DNA from: Perkinsus chesapeaki ATCC PRA-425
Taxonomy: Eukaryota; Protista; Perkinsozoa
Direction: 5' to 3'
Length of the DNA: 64,000 nt
Assembly: GCA_013115145.1 (NCBI GenBank)
Contig: JAAPAO010000033.1
Span: 1-64,000 of the forward strand
The notes beneath the pieces are model-generated. The model saw only the letters and a list, made by a program, of their open reading frames with translations, had not been told where the DNA came from and made no database searches. The position numbers and the translations under genes are program-made. Below are positions 54,601 through 64,000 of this stretch, one piece after another (the stretch's first letter is position 1; each line of letters opens with the position of its first letter).

Positions 54601-57342
54601 CAAGGCCCAGTTAAGGTGTCATCGAATAAAGTTAATCGGGCTTCACCATTCTCATCAGTATCGTACGTAACACTGTATGTGGTGTATCCCTCCTGTTGGC
54701 CTATATCGCACGGCCCTACACTATCTCTATAGGGGGGTTGGATAACTTTAACGGTAACTTGTACAGTTGTATTAGGTAATGGTGTACCACTATAGGTAGC
54801 AAGGGTTATATAAAGATCATCTGAAGTAAGGGTATCATGTGTAGTTATCACTGATGGTGGTGTGAACTCCATAATAGCTATTGGAACCCTTGGCTCTGCT
54901 ATTAAGATATCAGTAATATCCATACCAAGCAGCATACACTCAGATTGGAACACTGATGAGTTAGTGCCTGTGTGTATATAGTGCTGCCTACACGTAATAT
55001 CAACACTTGGTCTAGACCCCAGTGGTGCAGACTTTGGTACTGTAATATTAAACGGATGCACCATACCTTGGTCATCCACTAATATAGCAACCTCACCCTT
55101 TGGTAAGGATGATGATGATGACCATGTTAGTGTGGCATTGAAGACATATTGTCTGATGTTCCTAGGTTGGCATGCCAGACATGTACTAGAGGATGATACT
55201 ATCCATCCAGAGATAGTAATGACTTCACCAGGGGCATATATCGCACGATCAGACACGAGAGTCATATAGAGCCTCTGCTCTAGGTCACTAACTACATCAT
55301 GTCCAGAGCCATACATGTTATTAAAATAAATCCTTGATGGATGGATATATACAACTTCATCATCTATTAGTACAACTACAATAACGTCTGATTGCAGGCA
55401 AGTACTGGTACTGGTACTGCTGCTGCTGCATTGCGGTATAAATAGGTAACCCATTGTATTAGTATTGCCAACATAGAGTGGTCTAGCATATTCTTGTCCC
55501 CATAACTGTATTATAGCTACTAAAGGGGATGTAAGCTGTATATGTATTCCCGATATATTGCTATATACCCCATTATTCACCATTGCCCCAGCACTCATAT
55601 ATACTGGTGACACCAGAACTTGTATATCCGATCTTATAATAATACGAGGCCTGTGATACCATGGGTATTGTCTCGAGTTGTCGGTAATACTAACAACGCT
55701 TATATTAGATAACCCATTTATCTCGGTACTGTTCAACAAATGTGTTACCCCTCGCTTCAGCTGTATAGTGTGAATACTAATATCATCCTTCCTCCTACAT
55801 ATGGTAGTAGTACTGCCCCATCTAGACAGTCCGAATACAGTGTGTAATACTTCCCCTAGATTGATAGGAGTAACCGAGCATGCTGTAACATTCCACCTTG
55901 TACTATTTCGTGTAAGCATAGGATAACCTTGAGTGCTATCCTTTAGTGGGAACTGGGTTACATCATATGCATTATTGGGGTAATACATATCATCTCTCTC
56001 ATCAGCCATACGGAAGATATGTCCATATGATCCTTCAAGAGGCATACCAAGATTATCTACAAAACTATAGCTTCGTGGTACGACCTTGACCGAGTACTCA
56101 GTGCCTGGTTTGAAGTGACCACTGAGTACCACTCTAGAGCTATTCCTAACCATAGCAGTGTACCCAGGGACAGACGGTGTGGTATTAATAATAGACGTTA
56201 GGTTAGTGCCGGTACGTAGACCATGCTGAATAGCTAATGATAGACGTTTGGAGGACATATCCCCACGTTGAGAGGGAGTGTAGAATACAAAGTTAAAGGG
56301 TATAATACCACTTAATACGATAGAGACCTGTCCCCCATTCCAAGGGCCAGAATGCCTATCATATGGCATTGTACGAGAGAGGGTTAGCTTACACTCCTCG
56401 GTCGGGCCCAGTGGGGTGGATAATGTTATGTTGAAGCATGTGGTGTGATTAGTATGGCGGCCAGGTATGGCACAAGGATGGTGTGGTATTGTCTGAGGGG
56501 GCTTAGAGTAGCGTACAGAGATACCGTCACAGTATATAAACCCAGGGCGTGATACGAGAGTAGTGTCAACTGGGGCATCCGTCCATACAGTAATAATAGA
56601 ATCTGGAGGTATTTCGTATTTATTGAAATAACCAAGGTAACCCAGCTAAGAGTAATGCACTATGTGTGTTCGATAGTATACTGTATGCCTACATTGCTTT
56701 GCCATGCTCCTTCAGTAGCAGTGGTTGCTAGAGGGCTAAACACACTACTGATATAGAAATTAAGCGACTGTGTCTTCCAGGACGGGGGAGAGTCCCTGAC
56801 AGGCCTGTAAGGGATGCAGAGGCACATTGTACTATACCTTCCAAACGTAATAATGCCCCCTTTATAAGATGTAAAAGTAGTATTCATTATAGCTGTTATT
56901 GCAAGGTCTCCTGGCCATCTCTGATATAGGATCATGATGCGGTTTGCGGTTTATCTACTATTGTTATACCTCATCATTAGCATCAAACCTTAGTATGGAT
57001 GTTGTTATCCATCTCCAACTACCAAAGTCCAATGGTGATGTATCACCAGATGACTGAGAGTGCTGCACTATATTGACAATATGCTATCTGCCTTACCTCT
57101 AGTATAATAGGATACCCCTGTGACTGTGTAGTTGGGGAACTTAGATCGGTGCCAAACTTGATGATGGCCTCCGAGAATACTATTTGTATAGGCTCATAGG
57201 TTAGTATAGTATTAGAACCTGTCAGCGATATTATTATATTAAAGTATAACTGTATCTTACTGGGTGTAACTGATACTAGCTTTACTTCACCAGCTTGGCA
57301 TATACCAATAATTTGTAGGAATAATGATAGGCAAATCATCAT
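48634..57342 (-). CDS. Bacterial-type alpha-2-macroglobulin-like secreted/membrane protein
   Basis: Domain cues in A2M order: signal peptide; Ig-like PIQIVFSEAII; MG2 TLVSDRAIYAPGEVITISGW; DKDEEYLPGEEV; LTVVDKGVLDL; GNATASFILP; MG10-like GQLVCITITV..DMTPSGLEPLD; C-terminal hydrophobic segment. Confidence 0.7.
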
Positions 57343-57615
57343 AAAGTGATACTACCACAAAACACATCACACGTCGTTTAAACGATATGGCACACTAATA
57401 ACACAAGTTAATAAGCAAGTACTGACCACCGTCTAACATCGATGATGCTACATAACTTACTGCATGCTATTTTCCCCAACACCTTTTAACATCGGCTACA
57501 GACATCCTAATAAAGATATCAGCGGTTTCCACACATTTTGGGGCGCGCGCTGAATAAACTGCGCTGAGTTTCAAACCGACCGTTCCGAAGGAAGTTGTTA
57601 TGACTGGAGGGGGGT

Positions 57616-59538
57616 ATGGCTCAACTGCTACTGGTGGTTATTCTAGACAAGGTATGGTATATAATAGGTAAGGGGAATGATGGGTTGGTAGGTAACAATA
57701 GGAATAGATCAACATCGGTATCATCATTTATACCATGTTTTCGGTGGTTGGGGACTGCTACACAGAATCCTGATGGGCTATCATGGATGACTTGTTATAA
57801 AAGGGATAAACAATACGATACAGAGGAGGATAAATCAATTAAAGGATCTATACGGAGGGTAGGGGTTGGACTATATAGGGTAATAATAATATATTATTAG
57901 GATGTTATATCACCTACTGGCTCATTACCATCATCTTCATTTATTATATTACCTCCACCTAAACCATATGATTCATCAGGTTAGTACTCCTTAAAGTATA
58001 GTATATTGGTGCATCTATAGGTGCATTGAATATCCAACAGTTCAATACCCAACATCTACATAATGATGATGATGACAATGAGTTACCATTATTATTGCCA
58101 GATAGTAGTCAGTGTAGTGTGGGGGAACTATCATCACCAGCTGTATCTGGATATATTAGCGGTGGCAGCTCTGAAGGGTAATACTACTATATGTTATATA
58201 AGATGGGTTTATAGATATCTCACGCCCGTAGAAGAATCAATAACAGGAGTTATGTTACGGTTACAAGAGAGTAGAATGGCTTATAATATTACCTTAGCAA
58301 TGAGCCTAGGGTATACACTAAGTACAAAGATAGATGGTAATATAGAAGGGAATAATACTAACAATACAGTCCTATTGACATCTAATATGATGGTTGGTGG
58401 TGGGGGAGTTAATAAGGATAACAAAACAATAGGTAAAGGGGAACTAGGTGGGGTTCGGTATGGTTATATAGATACATGGGATAGTAGGAATGATGATTTA
58501 AAAAGCCTTGGTAATGCTCTATATGATGCAGCAATAGCTGCATCTAATACTGATCCTTATGAGTAAGAGCACCGTCCTCTATATTAATATTAAGGATTTA
58601 TATAGGGATACCCTTCTAGCCTACTCGGAGAGTATGTCATGGCCTGTGATACCTATAGGGGCACGTAGGCCACTGTGTTTGAGAGTAATACCTACCTACA
58701 TACTATATCATCTACTACTATGTGGTTTAGATATGGAAAAGGGACCTTCATCCACAAGGGTTCCTTATCAGAGGGGAGTTCTATGTAGAGGCTACTCCAA
58801 GGGCATTTTGCGAGTTTAGTAGGTATACCACTTTAATATCAATTCAGTGTCGTAATAGGTGCTAATAATCTACCATCAAGTATAGTTGAGGATATAGGTG
58901 ATGGTATTGATATAGTATATACTGAATCTACACCAATAACAGCAGCAGCAGCAGCAGCAGGAGGAGGAGGCATAGATGCAGAAGATGTAATAGGGTGGTG
59001 GTGATGGTGGTGGTTGTAGGGGGTAGGATGTTAGTGTATTAGATATTACCAAGGAATGGTGTATTATTAAGAGTAGTGCGATCTGGTCATTCTGATACCC
59101 ATATAACAGCTGCATGTAGTATAGATCATCCATTATATGTTACTAATCAACCAGAAGGGATGGTAATAATACTAGTACTACTTTAATCCAGCCTTAGGCT
59201 GATGATGATATACACTACTATATCAGATACGAAGTGATATAAGTATGTCATGGTTTATAGCACATCCAATATATAATGGTAATACTTATTATTAATATAT
59301 AATAATATTAATGTTAGGGGATATTATAATGGGTTCAAGAGTAGAGTTCCTTGTCCAATGTGAGGATGGTCCTAGACTATTACCACTAAGTAGTATATAT
59401 TATATTAATATCATATCATATATCCAATTATAAGGTGCATTAAGGCATGCTATAACACATATTATACCATCAACAATACTTGAATTAGTTGAAGGCCTTT
59501 ATTCAGCTGCAGCAACAACAAGAACAACAACGTCATAA
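57616..59538 (+). CDS. Hypothetical multi-exon protein
   Basis: Series of + strand exon-like frames (58063-58566; GYPSSLLGEYVMACD; GFLIRGEFYVE; ALRHAITHIIP..*). Could be two genes. Confidence 0.35.
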
Positions 59539-59711
59539 TCGATCATACCTCCTCATGCTCCTCCTCATTCTCCTCTTGCTTAACCCATTTGGGTATTATC
59601 ATGTTAACCATGCTTATGTTGGTCATCTTTGACCGGAAAGGGTTATATGTTTGTTTCGTTCAAGTATACATATGTTTCATACCGCTCCTTTGCTAACAGT
59701 TGCATCTTTAT

Positions 59712-62597
59712 ATGGGCACATCACGGGATAGGAGGAGCCTTACTCCTACCGATGATGATGAAGATACTCGGGGATCTAGAGGACGCGATCGGAAAAGTGA
59801 TGATGATAAAGTAGAGGAAGATGAAAGGTGGCACAGATCAAAGGATGAGGGTAGTCCTACTAAGAAGGAAGAGAAGGGTGATGGTGATAGGAAGAGGGAC
59901 CGTGATGATGGTGATAGAAAGAGGGACCGTGGTGATGGTGATAGAAAGAGGGACCGTGATGATGGTGATAGAAAGAGGGACCGTGGTGATGGTGATAGGA
60001 AGAGGGACCGTGATGATGGTGATAGGAAGAGGGACCGTGATGATGGTGATAGGAAGAGGGACCGTGATGATGGTGATAGAAAGAGGGACCGTGATAATGT
60101 TGATGATAGGAGTGAACGCCGCCATAGCTGTAGACGTAGAGGGGATGATGATAGAAGGGATGATAGACGTAGAGGAGAAGATAGGAGGAGAAGTAGTAGA
60201 AGTAGAGGTAACACTATAGAGAGAATAGATGTAATGTATCATATAATCAGATCGCCGTGGTGGGGGACATCATCGTGGTGCTCGTGGGCATCATCATCAT
60301 GATGATGATAGAGATAGGTCTAGGCGCAGGAGTCCTAGTCGTAGACGTAGATCTAGAGAACGGAGGCCGACCAATCGAAGGAGTAGGTGGAGCCGATCTC
60401 CAGAGAGACGTAAACCTTTTAAGTAATAACAGTAGTATAAGGCATAATACATGTTTATTATTATTATGTGCTATCAGATTTGATTCACCACCAAAGGAGT
60501 TAGCAGCTACCTTAATGGGGAACGGTGGCAGTGGGGGTTTGGTAATAGGGAACTTGATAGATTATAGATGATAGGGTTGTTATTATTATAGTTACCACAA
60601 ACAGTAGTGTCATCATCATCCACTATAAAGGAGGCATTCAATGCTACCTTAGCAGCTGAAAGGCAAAAGATAGCTCGGGAGCTATATATAGGGCAGATAC
60701 CGCCTGGGGTAATAGAAGGAAGCACTTGGAACCAGTATGTAATAGTAATAGTATACTTATTATTAGATATCAGCTGGAGTATTGATAGATGTACTTAATG
60801 ATGGTTTAATGAATATGGGGGCTAATGCAATGCCAGGCAGGCCTATTGTTCATGGATGGCTAGGTAATATATAATAAGTAGTATTATTAAAGAGTAATAC
60901 ATCAGGTGGAGATGGCTTATTTGCTTTCGTTGAGTTTCGTACAGCAGAGGAGGCCAGTATAGCCCTTGATCGTCTCAATGGGCATCAATTGAAATCCTAT
61001 GGTAATAATAATAATATATTATAAATGACTCATACGTGGGTACGTCAGGAGTAACTATAAAGGTGGGGCGACCTAAAGGGTATATGGGGCCAGCACCTGA
61101 GGATTCAGCTAATGCATATAATGCTGGTAATAATAAAGGACCATCAGCAGCAGAAGGTAGTACTTGTTTATATTAAGTATTCAGTAGTAGTAATTATTGT
61201 TATTTTATTAGTATCATCTGATACTAATAGATTATGCCTCATTGGTTTCCCGTTGGATTCTAGTGAGCATTCTATTAAGAAGGCCTTACGTACTGCTGCT
61301 AAGGGGGATATAAGGCATCTAGAGCTACTTAAACATATATGGAATAATAAGCTTATTGTAATATATTACATAATACTGCTTCTACTCACTCATCATCATT
61401 CATTAGGTACTGGCAGTTTTCGAATGTGAAGATCCAGAAAGTGAGTTACGATTGAAGAGGAAGGGTGAGGTTGAAATACATGGTAAAAGGGCTAAGATAA
61501 TCAATCCAAGAGATGCCATTGTTAAGGGGTAATAAGAGTAATGGTGATAAATATACTATAGGGGTATACTAATAGGTATATGAATCTAGACGGTGAGATA
61601 ATAAAAAAGGGTATGGGATTGGCTATAGTACCATCGAGGATACTTGTAATGACTAACTTTGCTGGTAGTGTTGAAGAGTTATTAGATGATGTTAATTATA
61701 ATGATTTATTAGAGGTAATAATAAGAGTAACCTATATTAGGCATTACCCTTTATAGGATATCAAATTGGAATGTAAATCGATAACTGGTGGAGTTGATGT
61801 TCGCAGTATACTAATACCGCGCCCAGAGACAAGTACAGCAGGAGGAGGAGGAGGAGGAGGGGTTAATACGCCTAATGGGGTTAATGGTAGTAGTAGTACT
61901 ATCCATCATGATTCTGCTACAATGGATGATAATATGGTAAATATAGGTTATAATAGCAACTAGTCCTATTGTGATGGTGCTTAGGATGACCACAACAACA
62001 CCCCATCATCGGCAGCAGCAGCAGCAGTGCCAGCCGTGGATATGCAAGTCCCCGGTCTAGGATGTTGTTTTATGGAGTTCCGTAATGTTGAGGAAGCTGC
62101 TCAGGTTAAAAGGATAATAGATGGACGTAATGTGGTTTGGTGTTGGTGTTGGGGTTGTTATTATCCTTCCGTAATAAGAGGTATATTATTAGGTATATTC
62201 GGAGGTCATGAGGTATTTGTTACTTACTTCTCTGAGACACGTTTTAAGAGGGGTGACTTTGCCAATCCAATGCCTAATACTGATGAGCCAGGTACTAGTT
62301 AAGGGACTAGTTAATTATATAATAATGTATTTTGCTCAGAGGTTGGATTGAAGGATATTGGTCCGAATCCACCACCAATAGATGATGGCATGGATGATGA
62401 AGAAGATGATGATGATGATATGGATGTAGAAGGGAGTGATAATGGTATGGATATATTGGATACCAATGATACCAAGGTAACAATAACATATAGAAAGGTA
62501 AAGAAGTTAATACTGGTATTGATAGGTGCGTAAGAAGGCACCACCACAAGCACCAGCCGTCCCATTAGCTGCAGAGGACCTTGAGATAATAGATTAG
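59712..62597 (+). CDS. U2AF2: U2 snRNP auxiliary factor large subunit (U2AF65-like)
   Basis: RD/RS-rich N-terminus, ARELYIGQIPPG, FAFVEFRTAEEA, KVGRPKGY and the UHM segment DIKLEC..ILIPRP..GLGCCFMEF..DGRIFGG. Confidence 0.88.
59877..60092 (+). repeat. 27-bp coding minisatellite, 8 units of (G/D)DGDRKRDR
   Basis: GATGGTGATAG(G/A)AAGAGGGACCGTG(A/G)T in tandem. Confidence 0.95.
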
Positions 62598-62740
62598 GAA
62601 TGATAATAAGGAAGCAGCCATTACGTTTATTGTAGTATTACTCAACCATCACGACCCTTTTCACTAATAGAAGTGTCGGTGTTTTATTATTATTAGTGCT
62701 GTTATTATTCGATAACGCTTAGGTTTGATTATTTATCATA

Positions 62741-64000
62741 ATGAGTTCTTCTCCCTCTCCAACTGAACAACAACCACTACTCTCTGGAGAGAATAACAAC
62801 AATGCCAATAATAATAATCTAGAGTCGGCATTCGAGGGCCAAGAGGAGGATGCTGAGATGAAGTCGTTATTAGAGGACTTGAATAATATGAGTAGACGAC
62901 CCCTTAACTAGTACTAGAGCATAGTAGTATTGGTGCATGGTTAGGTACTGAGGGTATACAGCAGAGGACAAGGCTTATTCAAAATGATATTAGAGTCTAT
63001 AAGTCAGAGGTACAACGTTTAACACATGAGTTAAACTCTATTAAAGAGAAGATGAAGGATAATCAAGTAAGGGGATAGTTGGTAATAGTAGTAGGGTTGT
63101 TGTATTTAAGGAGAAGATAAACCTAAATCGTCAGCTACCCCATTTAGTTGGAAGTGTTGCTGAGATATTACCAGCTGATGAAGATGAGGCTGATCTACCT
63201 GAAGCAGGTAAGAAAGGACGAGAACGGAGAGGGAGGAGGAGGATAATAGTGATATCATTGTAGGATCTGCTATAAGTACTCTACAACGGAAGTCAAAGAA
63301 GGAAAAGAAGTCTATGGTAGTTAAGACTACTACAAGGCAGACAATCTATCTACCTGTTATTGGATTGGTATTAATAATAATAATACGTTATAATATGAGT
63401 TATATTATTAGGTGCCTGTAGAGGAGTTAAAGCCTAATGATCTAGTAGGGCTTAATAAAGATTCATATCTAGTATTGGATAAACTACCTCAAGATTTTGA
63501 TTCTAGAGTTAAGGCTATGGAAGTGGATGAGCGTCCTACTGATCAGTAACACAACAGTACTGAGCATTGATGATAATATTACGATTAGGTATTCTGATAT
63601 TGGTGGTTGTGATAAACAGATTCAAGAGATGATAGAGGCTATAGTATTACCAATGACACATAAGGAGAGGTTTGATAAGATTGGTATATCCCCACCTAAA
63701 GGACTACTACTTTATGGACCACCAGGAACAGGTAGAGGATAGTAGTAGTGATATCGCATATACTGTATAACAGGTAAAACGATGATGGCACGTGCCTGTG
63801 CAGCTGCAACTAATGCTACATTTCTTAAACTTGCTGGACCACAACTTGTACAAATGTTCATTGGTGATGGTGCTAAAATGGTAAAGGACAAGCATGGTAT
63901 GTACCTCCTTAATGCATGCTCCTATATTTAGGTTCGTGATGCATTTAATCTGGCTAAAGAGAAGGCCCCAGCTATCATATTCATTGATGAGATAGATGCT
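62741..64000 (+). CDS. PSMC3: 26S proteasome regulatory ATPase RPT5 (truncated by window end)
   Basis: [94 protein letters not shown]. Confidence 0.95.

Noticed and set aside
59708-60242. Alternative-frame and antisense ORFs over the 27-bp repeat, and likewise at 27048-27361
   Set aside because: These are shadows of stop-free tandem repeats in U2AF65 and in the polyQ gene.

Overview
Eukaryotic nuclear DNA, most likely from a perkinsid alveolate (Perkinsus-like). This is inferred from dense 40-60 nt GT-AG introns rich in TAG/CAT microsatellites, RAP-domain genes and trans-splice-like acceptors; it is not proven. The window has two zones. (1) About 1-10.7 kb is an accessory zone with a DEDDy 3'-5' exonuclease, decayed lineage-specific genes, a partial duplicate of the PLAA/Doa1 gene, about 2 kb of non-coding DNA and an intronless 511-aa orphan ORF. 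(2) About 10.8-64 kb is gene-dense housekeeping DNA: AGC kinase, PLAA/Doa1, 14-3-3, tyrosine aminotransferase, oxodicarboxylate carrier, CSN4, scramblase, DHHC, CSN5, ppGalNAc-T-like, RAP protein, NSUN2, two Skp1 copies, a bacterial-type alpha-2-macroglobulin-like gene, U2AF65 and RPT5. The main discovery is a field of at least 14 stereotyped 22-bp motifs at 7026-9088, plus one at 2567-2588. Each motif reads: first 7 nt of an 8-mer + reverse complement of the 8-mer + last 7 nt of the 8-mer. This is the scar predicted when a hAT-type transposon (8-bp TSD, hairpins on the flanking DNA with a one-base tip) excises and the two opened hairpins are joined through their 8-nt microhomology. The scar at 2567-2588 frameshifts a gene, and removing it restores the reading frame. 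Secondary candidates are a structured ncRNA in an oversized PLAA intron and a thioester-less A2M-like surface protein. Exon boundaries were read by eye, so multi-exon CDS ends are approximate.
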